Below, piece after piece: positions 16,954 through 27,321 of a stretch of DNA of 32,000 bases. The notes under the pieces were generated by a model that worked only from the letters and a program-made list of their open reading frames with translations, had not been told where the DNA came from and searched no databases. Numbering within the stretch: position 1 is the stretch's first letter; each line of letters opens with the position of its first letter. The translations under genes were made by a program, and so were the position numbers. This DNA comes from Methanothermus fervidus DSM 2088 (GTDB taxonomy: Archaea; Methanobacteriota; Methanobacteria; DSM-2088; Methanothermaceae): contig CP002278.1 in assembly GCA_000166095.1 (NCBI GenBank), forward strand, positions 690,001 to 722,000, written 5' to 3'.

Positions 16954-17376
16954 ATGGCATTTGAACCAAAAATTGTAATGTTTTGTTGTAATTGGTGCTC
17001 ATACGGAGGCGCTGACACTGCAGGCACTGCAAGAATGCAATATCCCCCAAATGTGAGGATAATTAGGGTTATGTGTTCAGGGAGAGTAGAACCACAGTTT
17101 ATACTAAAAGCATTTAGAGAAGGAGCTGACGGAGTGCTTGTTACTGGATGTCATCTTGGAGATTGTCATTACGATGCAGGAAATTACAAACTAGATAGAA
17201 GAATGAGGCTCGTGTATAAATTGTTGGATGAAATTGGAATTGGAAGAGAAAGAGTGTATCATGATTGGATTTCAGCATCAGAAGGTGAAAAATTTGCAGA
17301 AACTGTAAAGATGATGGTCGAAAGAATAAAGGAACTTGGGCCTTTAAATTTAAAAAAACAAATTTCTGAAAGCTAA
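16954..17376 (+). CDS. mvhD: F420-non-reducing hydrogenase subunit D (MvhD)
   Basis: [44 protein letters not shown]...GCHLGDCHY. It is the first gene of mvhDGAB. ATG 16954 has GGGAGG upstream; the track start at 16939 is a TTG upstream of and abutting this SD. Confidence 0.9.
   Translation: MAFEPKIVMFCCNWCSYGGADTAGTARMQYPPNVRIIRVMCSGRVEPQFILKAFREGADGVLVTGCHLGDCHYDAGNYKLDRRMRLVYKLLDEIGIGRERVYHDWISASEGEKFAETVKMMVERIKELGPLNLKKQISES
17026..17085. repeat. Right arm of the perfect 60-bp inverted repeat (partner 14255-14314), inside mvhD
   Basis: The sequence is actgcaagaatgcaatatcccccaaatgtgaggataattagggttatgtgttcagggaga, identical to the sense strand of the paralogue. Confidence 0.9.
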
Positions 17377-17388
17377 GGAGGGTTAAAA

Positions 17389-18318
17389 TTGGCAGAAAAA
17401 AAGGTTAAAATAGGAACTATGTGGTTATGTGGATGCTCTGGATGTCATATCTCAATAACAGATTTTCACGAAAAATTATTAGATCTCCTAGAAGTTGCTG
17501 ATATTAAATTTTCTCCTGTATTAATGGATGTAAAGTACGACGAAATACCTGATTTAGATGTTGTAATAATTGAGGGCGGAATAGCAAACGATGAAAATAG
17601 AGAATTTGCAGAATTGTTAAGGGAGAAATCTGATATTTTAGTTGCTTATGGTACATGTGCTGTCTATGGCGGCATACCTGGTCTAAGAAATCTATGGAGA
17701 AAAGAGAAAGTGATAGAAGAGGCTTATATAAATTCACCCAGTACTCCAAACCCTGATGAAGTAATACCTTCTGAAGAAGTTCCACATTTAGAAGAAAGAG
17801 TAAAACCAATAAGTGAAGTAGTTGATGTAGATTTGGAGATCCCTGGCTGTCCACCTAAATCTGACTTCGCTGCTGAAGTATTGATGAAAGCTTTAAATGG
17901 TGAAAAGGTGGAGTTACCTACAACAAATCTATGTGAAGAATGTGAAAGAGAAAAACCTCCTGAAGGATTAGCAATGGACTTCATAAAAAGACAATTTGAG
18001 ATTGGCGAACCTGAAAAAGATTTATGTTTAATAGCACAAGGACTTGTTTGTATGGGGCCTGCAACAACTTCAATATGTGGTGCACAATGTCCTAAAGTAG
18101 GTATACCATGTCAAGGTTGTTATGGCCCAACTAAAGCAGTTGAAGATCAGGGTGCAAAAATGATAAGTGCGATTGCTTCAGATTTCGGAGTTGAAAAAGA
18201 TAAAACTGTAGATCCTGAAAAAGTTGCTGAACAACTTGATGATATTGTAGGAACTTTCTACACCTACACATTACCAGCATCTTTAATTCCTATGAGAGTC
18301 CATAAAGGAGGGAAATAA
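17389..18318 (+). CDS. mvhG: F420-non-reducing [NiFe] hydrogenase small subunit (MvhG)
   Basis: Small-subunit Cys pattern ([22 protein letters not shown]-terminal cluster [18 protein letters not shown]). The TTG start has AAGGAGGG 6 nt upstream. Confidence 0.9.
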
Positions 18319-19737
18319 ATGGAAAAACTTGTACTTGAACCCGTCACTCGTATTGAAGGCCATGCAAAAATTACTGTACAGTTAGATGAAGAAGGAAATG
18401 TTAAAGATACCAGATTTCATGTGATGGAATTTAGAGGATTTGAAAAATTCTTGCAAGGTAGGAGGATAGAAGAAGCTCCAAGAATAGTTCCTAGAATATG
18501 TGGTATATGTCAGGTCCAACACCATTTAGCTAGTGCAAAAGCTGTTGATGCATGCTTTGGATTTGAACCAGAAGATATTCCTGAGACTGCATACAAGATG
18601 AGAGAAATAATGAATTGGGCCTCATATGTTCATTCACATGGTTTACATTTCTATTTCTTGGCCGCACCTGATTTTATAGGCGGTAAAGACAGAGAAACTA
18701 GAAATATATTTAAAATAATACAAGATTCTCCAGATGTTGCAAAACAGGCTATAGAATTACGAAAAAATGCACAGGACATTGTAGCTGCAACAGGTGGCAG
18801 AGCTATCCACCCAGTTAGTTTTATACCAGGAGGAATCACTACAGAACTGGACAAAGAAACTCAGGAAAAATTATTAAAGAAGGCTAAAAGGAATGTAGAA
18901 ATTGCAGAGTCAACACTTGAATTAGCAATTCCTATATTTGAAGATAATATGGATCTTGTGGAATCATTAGGAACAATAGAAACTTACCATATGGGTTTAG
19001 TGAAGAATGGTACATGGGATGTATATGATGGAGTTGTGAGGGTAAAAGATAAAAATGGAGAAAATTTTGCAGAATTTGGACCAGATGAATATACAAAATA
19101 CATTGCTGAACATGTAAAACCATATTCCTGGCTTAAATTCCCATATCTCAAAGAATTAGGATATCCTGATGGCGTATACAGAGTTTCACCACTTTCAAGA
19201 CTTAACGTAGCTGACAAGATGCCAGACGCTGCTCCAAAAGCCCAAGAATATTTCAAAGAATTTAGAAATAAATTTGGATATGCACAACAACCTTTACTTT
19301 ACCACTGGGCAAGATTAATAGAAATGTTAGCAGCGGCAGAATGCATGGCCAGTGTTCTTGAAGAAGATTTATCAGGCAAAAAAATCCACGGAAAACTTGA
19401 AAGACAAGAAGGTGAAGGTGTAGGTATCGTAGAGGCTCCTAGAGGAACTCTAATTCACCACTATGCATGCGACAAAAATGGTATTATAACCAAAGCTAAT
19501 TTGATTGTAGCTACAGTGCAAAATAATCCTGCTATGGAGATGGGAATACAAAAAGTTGCAAAGGAACGTATAAAACCAGGTGTAGACGTAGATGATAAAA
19601 TCTACAATTTAATGGAGATGGTAATCAGGGCTTATGATCCATGTCTATCTTGTGCTACACACACAGTAGATGGAAAAGTAAAATTATTTACATTGGAGGT
19701 TCTTGACAGTGAGGGCAATGTTGTAAAGAGACTATGA
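18319..19737 (+). CDS. mvhA: F420-non-reducing [NiFe] hydrogenase large subunit (MvhA)
   Basis: N-terminal [10 protein letters not shown] and C-terminal DPCLSCATH Ni-Fe ligand motifs are present. The ATG directly abuts the mvhG stop. Confidence 0.95.
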
Positions 19738-19802
19738 TAATATTTATATGTGAGTAATCATCTACTGTGGATATATCATACTACAATCACTGTGGTGGTC
19801 TC

Positions 19803-21041
19803 ATGATAGTTATCAATAAAGAAGATTGTATTAGATGTGGCGCCTGTCAGGGAGTCTGTCCTACAGGTGCAATTAGTGTGAAGCCAGAAGATGTTATATA
19901 TTGTGATATGTGTGGAGGAGAACCAAAATGCGTTGAAGCATGCCCCAATGACGCATTACGACATGAAGATATTACTTTAGAAGGAGGAATCAAAAAAAAG
20001 AAAATAACTTATAGTCCAGAAAAATGTGATAAATGTGGAGAATGTGTAAAAGTATGTCCACCTGGTATTCTAAAACTTGTTAATGATGGAAAAGCAAGTA
20101 GAGTTCCTCTAGAGGGGTTTTGTGTTTTATGCCAACAATGTGTCAATGTTTGCCCAATTGAAGTAATAGGAATAGAAGGTGTTAAGGAACCTGCTAGAGT
20201 AGAGATCAAAATTGATAAGCCCATATATATTGTAGATTGTGTTGGTTGTGGATTATGTGTACCTGAGTGTCCAGTTAATGCTATTACTTTACCAAAATAT
20301 GGAGAAAGCATTGAGATTGATGAAGAAAAATGTATCAAATGTGGTATTTGTGCACAAACATGTCCATGGAATTCCGTTTATATATCTGGAAAAAAACCTC
20401 AAAAACGTTCCAGAACTATCGAGAATTTTACACTTGATAAAGAGGAGTGTATTGGATGTAATACTTGTGTAGAAATATGCCCAGGAGGATTTATAGAACC
20501 AAAATCAGATTTGACAGTTTCATTACCAGAGATTTGTCCAGCATGTGGTCTTTGTGAAAAATTATGTCCAACAGATGCAATTGAATTGGAAGTAAAATTA
20601 GGACCAGCTAAACCAGTAACAGAGGAAGGAATTGTGTACAATGACGAAAATTGTAAATTCTGTGGTAGATGTGCACTAAATTGTCCAAATGAGGCTATAC
20701 GCGTTGTAAGTCCAAAAGGACGTGTATTCCCAGGACTTAAAAAGGTGGATGAAAAGGAATCATATACTATTTGTACAACTTGTGGTGCATGTACAACAGT
20801 GTGTCCAACAGGAGCATTAAAACTTGTTGAAGTCAGTAAAAAAGTCAATGGAGAAACTGTTAAGAGGAATAGAATACAGTACAATCCATCTTTATGTGAT
20901 AAGTGTGGAAATTGTGTTGATGTTTGTCCTTATGGAATATTGAAGTTAACTGATGACGAAAAATTACCAGTGAAAGGATTCTGTATTTTATGTGAGAAAT
21001 GTATTGATGCATGTAGGTTCAATGCTCTCCTTCTAAAATAA
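19803..21041 (+). CDS. mvhB: Polyferredoxin MvhB (12 x [4Fe-4S] motifs)
   Basis: I count twelve CxxCxxCxxxC(P)-type motifs. ATG 19803 (MIVINKEDC) has GGTGGT upstream; the track start at 19767 is a GTG extension. Confidence 0.9.
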   Translation: MIVINKEDCIRCGACQGVCPTGAISVKPEDVIYCDMCGGEPKCVEACPNDALRHEDITLEGGIKKKKITYSPEKCDKCGECVKVCPPGILKLVNDGKASRVPLEGFCVLCQQCVNVCPIEVIGIEGVKEPARVEIKIDKPIYIVDCVGCGLCVPECPVNAITLPKYGESIEIDEEKCIKCGICAQTCPWNSVYISGKKPQKRSRTIENFTLDKEECIGCNTCVEICPGGFIEPKSDLTVSLPEICPACGLCEKLCPTDAIELEVKLGPAKPVTEEGIVYNDENCKFCGRCALNCPNEAIRVVSPKGRVFPGLKKVDEKESYTICTTCGACTTVCPTGALKLVEVSKKVNGETVKRNRIQYNPSLCDKCGNCVDVCPYGILKLTDDEKLPVKGFCILCEKCIDACRFNALLLK

Positions 21042-21060
21042 TTTTATTTTTTCTTTTTCT
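21042..21060 (+). terminator. Oligo-T tract after mvhB (archaeal terminator-like)
   Basis: TTTTATTTTTTCTTTTTCT follows the stop codon immediately. Confidence 0.4.
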
Positions 21061-21262
21061 CCATGATTATTACTAATTATTTGTTATTTATGATTTATTT
21101 AACATTTTCTTTTTTATTTTTTTAGTAAAGGATATAAACAGTTTTTAACATAGCTTCAAAAAACATCTGGATGCTGATGAATATATTTGTGATTTTAAAT
21201 TATGATGTTGGCCAAAAATTTTATTATTAATAAAAAATTACATAAAAATATGAGGTGACAAA

Positions 21263-22594
21263 ATGGCAATTTATGAAGACAAAATAGATTTGTACGATGC
21301 TAACGGAAAATTGTTAGATGAAAACGTACCATTAGAAGCAATAAGTCCTCTAAAAAATCCAACTATTGGGAAAATTGTTAACGATGTAAAAAGATCAGTG
21401 GCTGTTAATTTAGCAGGTATAGAAAACAGTCTTAAAAAAGCAGCATTAGGTGGAAAAGCTAATTTTATTCCTGGTAGGGAATTAGATTTAGACATTGTAG
21501 AAAATGCTGAGATAATCGCAGAAAAAATTAAAAAAATGGTTCAAGTTGATGAAAACGATGACACAAACGTTAAAATGATAAATAATGGGCAACAATTACT
21601 TGTACAAGTTCCAACCATAAGAATTGAAAGAGCTGCAGATTACACCGTTTCCACATTGGTTGCAGGCGCTGCAACAATTCAAGCAATAATAGATACATTT
21701 GATGTAGACATGTTTGATGCAAGTACTGTAAAAACAGCTGTGCTCGGACGATATCCACAAACTGTAGATTTCACTGGTGCAAATGTTGCAGCAATGTTAA
21801 GTCCTCCTGTACTTCTAGAAGGTCTTGGATATGGATTAAGAAATATTTTAACAAATCACATAGTTGCAACTACAAAGAAAAATACATTAAATGCAGCTGC
21901 ACTATCATCAATATTAGAACAAACTGCAATGTTTGAAACTGGGGACGCTGTTGGAGCATTTGAAAGATTGCATTTACTTGGTCTAGCATATCAAGGCTTA
22001 AACGCTGATAATTTGGTATATGATTTAGTTAAAGAAAATAAAAAAGGAACTGTTGGAACTGTAATAGCTTCTCTTGTTGAAAGAGCCATAGAAGATAAAG
22101 TAATAAAAGTAAGCAAAGAAATGCCATCAGGCTTTAGAGTTTATGAACCTATTGATTGGGCATTATGGAATGCATATGCTGCAGCTGGATTATTAGCAGC
22201 CACAATAGTTAATATAGGCGCTGCAAGGGCAGCTCAGGGTGTAGCATCAACAGTTCTTTACTACAATGATATTTTAGAATATGAAACTGGCCTGCCTGGC
22301 GTTGATTTTGGAAGGGCAGAAGGTACAGCTGTAGGTTTCTCATTCTTCAGTCACTCAATCTATGGTGGTGGAGGACCTGGAATATTCCATGGAAACCATG
22401 TTGTGACAAGGCATAGTAAAGGATTTGCATTGCCTTGTGTTGCCGCTGCAATGTCTTTAGATGCTGGAACACAAATGTTTTCACCTGAAAGAACTTCAGG
22501 ACTCGTTGGACAAGTTTATAGTGAAATAGACTATTTCAGAGAACCAATTAAATATGTAGCTGAAGGGGCTGCAAAAATTAAAAATAAAATCTGA
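21263..22594 (+). CDS. mrtB: Methyl-coenzyme M reductase beta subunit (McrB-type; isoenzyme II operon layout)
   Basis: 443 aa. It is the first gene of a B-D-G-A operon without a C gene. SD GAGGTGA lies upstream. Confidence 0.9.
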   Translation: MAIYEDKIDLYDANGKLLDENVPLEAISPLKNPTIGKIVNDVKRSVAVNLAGIENSLKKAALGGKANFIPGRELDLDIVENAEIIAEKIKKMVQVDENDDTNVKMINNGQQLLVQVPTIRIERAADYTVSTLVAGAATIQAIIDTFDVDMFDASTVKTAVLGRYPQTVDFTGANVAAMLSPPVLLEGLGYGLRNILTNHIVATTKKNTLNAAALSSILEQTAMFETGDAVGAFERLHLLGLAYQGLNADNLVYDLVKENKKGTVGTVIASLVERAIEDKVIKVSKEMPSGFRVYEPIDWALWNAYAAAGLLAATIVNIGAARAAQGVASTVLYYNDILEYETGLPGVDFGRAEGTAVGFSFFSHSIYGGGGPGIFHGNHVVTRHSKGFALPCVAAAMSLDAGTQMFSPERTSGLVGQVYSEIDYFREPIKYVAEGAAKIKNKI

Positions 22595-22606
22595 GGTGTT
22601 TTTATA

Positions 22607-23104
22607 ATGGAAAAAATGGAAAAAGTAGAATTTATTGATGTAAAAGTTGTTCCTTATAGACTACTAAATCCACAAACTGTGGAAACAATTCTAAACAAAA
22701 TTTATGATTTGGATGGAATAGTTAGAGTTTTGGTTCATGGGCCTTCAATACCTAAAGAAATACCATACGGACCTGCAAAAGGAATAAAAGTTAATCATAA
22801 AGATAGACAAGTCATAAAAGTTAAGGGAGAAGAAGTAGAGTTAAAAGTTAAGGTTGGAGAGATAATTGTTGGAGTACTTTGTGATGATAAAATGGATGAA
22901 AATATTGGCAAAATTGAAAAGATTATGGATGAAAACTTACCTTGCTCATACCAAATGTGGGTTGGTACATATACAAAGAGAGATGTGACTGTTACTGATT
23001 GGATGAAATATGGTCCAAAATTTGAGAAAAAATTAGATCCAAGATATATAGGTCTTGTAGATCCAAATTCAAAGGTCAAAGAAAATGTAAAATTAATAAA
23101 ATAA
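22607..23104 (+). CDS. mrtD: Methyl-coenzyme M reductase operon protein D
   Basis: 165 aa, positioned between the beta and gamma subunits, with McrD-like sequence (YRLLNPQTVETILNKIYDLDGIVRVLVHGP). Confidence 0.85.
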   Translation: MEKMEKVEFIDVKVVPYRLLNPQTVETILNKIYDLDGIVRVLVHGPSIPKEIPYGPAKGIKVNHKDRQVIKVKGEEVELKVKVGEIIVGVLCDDKMDENIGKIEKIMDENLPCSYQMWVGTYTKRDVTVTDWMKYGPKFEKKLDPRYIGLVDPNSKVKENVKLIK

Positions 23105-23120
23105 TCTAGAGGATTAAACA

Positions 23121-23924
23121 ATGGCATATGAACCTCAATTCAATCCTGGAGAAACCAAAATAGCTGAAAATAGAAGAAAACACATGAATCCCAATTATGA
23201 ATTAAAAAAATTGCGTGAAATTGCTGATGAAGACATTGTAAGAGTATTAGGACATAGATCACCAGGTGAAAGCTTTAAAACTGTACATCCTCCATTAGAA
23301 GAAATGGATTTTGAAGAAGATCCCATGAAGGACATTGTTGAGCCAATAGAAGGTGCAAAACAAGGTACAAGAATTAGATATATACAATTTGCTGACTCCA
23401 TGTATAATGCTCCTGCACAACCTTATGACAGAGCTAGGACATACATGTGGAGATTCAGAGGTGTGGACACTGGAACATTGTCAGGAAGACAAGTTATTGA
23501 GATGAGGGAGTTAGACCTTGAAAAGGTTTCAAAAATCCTTTTAGAAACAGAAATTTTTGATCCAGCAAGATGTGGAATAAGAGGAGCAACAGTGCATGGA
23601 CATTCTTTAAGGTTTGATGAAAATGGTCTGATGTTTGATGCATTGCAAAGATATATTTATGATGAAGATTCAGGTCATGTCGTTTATGTCAAAGATCAAG
23701 TTGGAAGACCCTTAGATCAACCTGTTGATATGGGAGAACCATTACCTGAAGATGAACTTAAAGAAATAACAACGATTTACAGAAAAGACAATATTGGAAT
23801 GAGAGAAGATGAAGAGTTACTGGAAGTTGTAAATAAGATCCATGAAGCAAGAACCATTGGCGGATTCGGCATGGAAGTATTTAAAAAAGATTTAAATAAA
23901 AGATTAGGTGGTGCTAATGAATAA
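23121..23924 (+). CDS. mrtG: Methyl-coenzyme M reductase gamma subunit
   Basis: 267 aa, with [24 protein letters not shown]...[35 protein letters not shown]. Confidence 0.9.
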   Translation: MAYEPQFNPGETKIAENRRKHMNPNYELKKLREIADEDIVRVLGHRSPGESFKTVHPPLEEMDFEEDPMKDIVEPIEGAKQGTRIRYIQFADSMYNAPAQPYDRARTYMWRFRGVDTGTLSGRQVIEMRELDLEKVSKILLETEIFDPARCGIRGATVHGHSLRFDENGLMFDALQRYIYDEDSGHVVYVKDQVGRPLDQPVDMGEPLPEDELKEITTIYRKDNIGMREDEELLEVVNKIHEARTIGGFGMEVFKKDLNKRLGGANE

Positions 23925-25581
23925 GAAAAATAAAAAATTATTTTTAGAGGCATTAGAGAAAAAATTTAAAGGCGAATCTCCAGAAGAAAAGAAAACAACA
24001 TTTTATTGTTTTGGAGGATGGAAACAATCTGAAAGAAAAAGAGAATTTGTTGAATATGCAAAAAAACTTGCGAAAAAGCGAGGAATTCCATTTTATAATC
24101 CAGATATAGGAGTACCTCTTGGACAAAGAAAATTGATGGCATATAGAATTTCAGGTACAGATGCATATGTTGAAGGAGATGATTTACACTTTGTAAATAA
24201 TGCTGCAATTCAACAGATGGTAGATGATATAAAGAGAACTGTAATTGTTGGAATGGATACTGCTCATGCAGTTCTTGAAAAAAGACTTGGTGTAGAAGTT
24301 ACACCAGAGACTATCAATGAATATATGGAAACAATTAATCATGCATTACCAGGTGGAGCAGTTGTTCAAGAACATATGGTGGAAGTACATCCAGGACTTG
24401 TAGACGATTGTTATGCAAAAATATTCACAGGGAATGATGAGTTAGCTGATGAACTTGATAAAAGAGTACTTATAGACATTAATAAAGAATTTCCCGAAGA
24501 ACAAGCAGAAATGCTTAAAAAATACATAGGTAATAGGACATATCAAGTTAATCGAGTTCCAACAATAGTTGTTAGATGTTGTGATGGTGGAACTGTTTCA
24601 AGATGGTCAGCAATGCAAATAGGTATGAGCTTTATTTCAGCATATAAATTATGTGCTGGTGAAGCTGCAATTGCAGATTTCTCATTTGCTGCTAAACATG
24701 CAGACGTAATTGAAATGGGTACAATATTGCCAGCAAGAAGAGCTAGAGGTCCTAATGAACCTGGAGGAATTCCATTTGGAGTGTTTGCAGATATAATTCA
24801 AACATCAAGAGTTAGTGACGATCCTGCACGTATCTCTCTAGAGGTTATAGGTGCAGCAGCCACTTTATATGACCAGGTATGGTTAGGATCCTACATGTCA
24901 GGAGGAGTAGGATTCACACAATATGCAAGTGCTACCTATACAGATGATATCTTAGATGACTTTGTTTACTATGGTGCAGAGTATGTAGAAGACAAATACG
25001 GATTCTGTGGTGTGAAACCATCAATGGAAGTTGTTAAGGATATAGCAACCGAAGTTACACTTTATGGTCTTGAACAATATGAAGAATATCCAACACTTCT
25101 AGAGGATCACTTTGGAGGTTCACAAAGAGCAGCAGTCGTTGCTGCAGCAGCAGGATGCTCAACAGCATTTGCAACTGGAAATTCAAATGCTGGAATCAAT
25201 GCATGGTACCTTTCACAGATATTACATAAAGAAGGCCATTCAAGATTAGGATTTTATGGTTATGATTTACAAGATCAGTGCGGAGCATCAAATTCCTTAT
25301 CAATTAGAAGTGATGAAGGCCTTGTCCATGAATTACGTGGACCTAACTATCCAAACTATGCAATGAATGTTGGACATCAACCAGAATATGCAGGTATAGC
25401 CCAAGCACCACATGCTGCAAGAGGGGATGCTTTCGTTGTCAATCCATTAATAAAGGTTGCATTTGCAGACAACGATCTCAGCTTTGACTTCAGATGGCCC
25501 AGAAAAGAAATTGCAAGAGGAGCATTAAGAGAATTCATGCCAGACGGTGAAAGAACATTGATAATACCTGCAAGTAAATAA
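23917..25581 (+). CDS. mrtA: Methyl-coenzyme M reductase alpha subunit
   Basis: [11 protein letters not shown]...GWKQSERK and the active-site region [17 protein letters not shown] are present. ATG 23917 overlaps the mrtG stop by 8 nt; the track start at 23908 is a GTG within the SD AGGTGGTG. Confidence 0.95.
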   Translation: MNKKNKKLFLEALEKKFKGESPEEKKTTFYCFGGWKQSERKREFVEYAKKLAKKRGIPFYNPDIGVPLGQRKLMAYRISGTDAYVEGDDLHFVNNAAIQQMVDDIKRTVIVGMDTAHAVLEKRLGVEVTPETINEYMETINHALPGGAVVQEHMVEVHPGLVDDCYAKIFTGNDELADELDKRVLIDINKEFPEEQAEMLKKYIGNRTYQVNRVPTIVVRCCDGGTVSRWSAMQIGMSFISAYKLCAGEAAIADFSFAAKHADVIEMGTILPARRARGPNEPGGIPFGVFADIIQTSRVSDDPARISLEVIGAAATLYDQVWLGSYMSGGVGFTQYASATYTDDILDDFVYYGAEYVEDKYGFCGVKPSMEVVKDIATEVTLYGLEQYEEYPTLLEDHFGGSQRAAVVAAAAGCSTAFATGNSNAGINAWYLSQILHKEGHSRLGFYGYDLQDQCGASNSLSIRSDEGLVHELRGPNYPNYAMNVGHQPEYAGIAQAPHAARGDAFVVNPLIKVAFADNDLSFDFRWPRKEIARGALREFMPDGERTLIIPASK

Positions 25582-25610
25582 TTCCTCTCTTTTTTTCTTT
25601 ATTCTTTTTC
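25582..25610 (+). terminator. T-rich tract after mrtA
   Basis: TTCCTCTCTTTTTTTCTTTATTCTTTTTC directly follows the stop codon and overlaps the 3' end of the convergent CooT-like gene. Confidence 0.4.
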
Positions 25611-25778
25611 TATAATAATTTCATGTTTGTCTAGGTCAATCTCCACAATTTTTCCTTTTATTTTGTTTTCTCTATTCAAAATATCTTTCATGTAAATCTC
25701 ATCACCATCTACTTTTATCAAGATCACGTCATCCATTAGTAATTCACCATTTTTTAAATATACTTTTGATTCACACAT
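25599..25778 (-). CDS. CooT-like small protein (putative Cys2 nickel-binding protein; family formerly annotated as a predicted RNA-binding protein)
   Basis: ATG 25778 has AGGTGA 5 nt upstream and gives a 59-aa protein MCESKVYLKNGELLMDD...IVEIDLDKHEIIIEKE. The track start is a GTG inside the SD. The Met-Cys N-terminus and beta-rich ~60-aa size match CooT as I recall it. Confidence 0.55.
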   Translation of the reverse strand: MCESKVYLKNGELLMDDVILIKVDGDEIYMKDILNRENKIKGKIVEIDLDKHEIIIEKE

Positions 25779-25901
25779 TTTATTCACCTAAAAAATTTAA
25801 CTATAGTTATTCAAAAATAGTTCACTTAAATAAATATTTAAAATTTTTTAATTTTTATGAAAATTTGTCTTATCAAAAAATTATTCATAGGTGTAAAGTT
25901 C

Positions 25902-26357
25902 ATGATAATTGGTGAAAAAGAGCTAAGGAAAATCTTTAGAAGTAAAGATATACAGCCAGCAGGGATTGACCTAAGATTAAAAAATTTATATGAACAGAAG
26001 TCAGCTGCAAGTTTAATAAATGAAGAAAAAAATTTACCGAAATTAAATAAAATAGAAGGACCAATATATGAATTGAAACCTGGTAAAGCTTATTTAGCTG
26101 AAACTCAAAAAATAAAAATTCCAAGAGGTTATGCAATGTTATATTTTCCACGTTCAACGCTTATTAGGTCTTTTGTAGATGTCAGAACAGCACTTGGAGA
26201 TCCTGGTTTTGAAGGAAAGTTGTATTTTTTAATAGTAAATCATGGTGAATATATATACAAGATAAAAAAAGGAGAAAGATTTGCACAAGCTGTTTTAGTT
26301 AAGGTTAAAGGATCTGGAAAATACAATGGTGATTACCAGAATTTTCAAATTGAATAA
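25902..26357 (+). CDS. dCTP deaminase/dUTPase-family protein (short archaeal Dut-like form)
   Basis: AGIDLRL...GDPGFEGKLYFLIVNHG...GERFAQAVL. ATG 25902 has AGGTGT 7 nt upstream; the 15-codon track extension is unlikely to be real. Confidence 0.7.
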   Translation: MIIGEKELRKIFRSKDIQPAGIDLRLKNLYEQKSAASLINEEKNLPKLNKIEGPIYELKPGKAYLAETQKIKIPRGYAMLYFPRSTLIRSFVDVRTALGDPGFEGKLYFLIVNHGEYIYKIKKGERFAQAVLVKVKGSGKYNGDYQNFQIE

Positions 26358-26373
26358 ATTGGAGGATTTTTAA

Positions 26374-27252
26374 TTGACAAAGCGTGAAGACTCAAAAGTC
26401 AGAATTGCATTACCATCTAAAGGAAGAATAAGCAAGCCAGCTATAGATTTATTAAATAATGCAGGAATTTTCATGCAAGAAACTGGAACAAGAAAATTAT
26501 TTTCACGTACAAACCATCCAAACATAGATGTGATGTTTACACGTGCTGCTGATATACCTGAATTTGTAGCAGATGGAGCGGCAGATGTAGGAATAACAGG
26601 GCTTGATTTAATTTTAGAAAAAAATCGTGACGTTATAATTTTAGATGATTTAAAGTTTGGTGAAGCTAAATTAGTGTTAGCATCTCCTGAAAATTCAAAA
26701 ATTAAATCAAAAAAAGACCTGAAAAACGGATTAACAGTTGCAACAGAATTTCCTAAATTAACTAAAGAATATTTTGACAAATTAGGAATTGATGTTAAAA
26801 TTGTTGAAGTTAGTGGATCAACTGAAGTAACTCCATTAATAGGAGTTGCAGATCTTATTGTAGATTTAACAAGTACTGGTACAACTTTAAGAATGAATAG
26901 ACTAAAAGTTATTGATACTATTCTAGAAAGCTCTGTTAGATTGATAGCAAATAAAGAAAGTTACAAAGAAAAAAATAAAACAATTGAAGAGATAAGGACG
27001 GCTTTGAAAGGCGTTGTTGAAGCAAAAAACAAAAAACTGATAATGTTAAACATCGAAGAAGAAAAAGTGGAAGAAGTAAAAAAAATTGTACCAGGAATGA
27101 CAGGTCCCACAGTTTCAAAAGTTTTGCATAATAATATGGTTGCAGTACATGCAGTTGTTGATGAAGATGAAGTATTCAGAGTTGTAAATGAATTAAAGAG
27201 AATAGGAGCAAGGGACATACTTATTGTACCAATAGAAAGAATACTAGATTAA
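26374..27252 (+). CDS. hisG: ATP phosphoribosyltransferase, long form
   Basis: VRIALPSKGRISKPAIDLLNNAGI...DLTSTGTTLRMN, plus a C-terminal regulatory domain. The TTG start has GGAGGA 7 nt upstream. Confidence 0.85.
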   Translation: MTKREDSKVRIALPSKGRISKPAIDLLNNAGIFMQETGTRKLFSRTNHPNIDVMFTRAADIPEFVADGAADVGITGLDLILEKNRDVIILDDLKFGEAKLVLASPENSKIKSKKDLKNGLTVATEFPKLTKEYFDKLGIDVKIVEVSGSTEVTPLIGVADLIVDLTSTGTTLRMNRLKVIDTILESSVRLIANKESYKEKNKTIEEIRTALKGVVEAKNKKLIMLNIEEEKVEEVKKIVPGMTGPTVSKVLHNNMVAVHAVVDEDEVFRVVNELKRIGARDILIVPIERILD

Positions 27253-27321
27253 TATTAGCAAAAAATTTATTAAGGTCTAAAAAACAAATACCTTTGTCCA
27301 TAAATTAAAAGAGTGAGATAA

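Noticed and set aside
17504-20884. Antisense ORFs inside mvhG, mvhA and mvhB (for example 17724-17984, 18984-19256, 20399-20884)
   Set aside because: They are opposite genes with unambiguous hydrogenase and polyferredoxin motifs. They have no starts with SD sequences and odd composition.
21063-21125. A 20-codon hydrophobic mini-ORF (MIITNYLLFMIYLTFSFLFF) and other short ORFs in the mvhB-mrtB spacer
   Set aside because: There is no SD, the sequence lies within the T-rich terminator/promoter region, and its composition is as expected from random AT-rich sequence.
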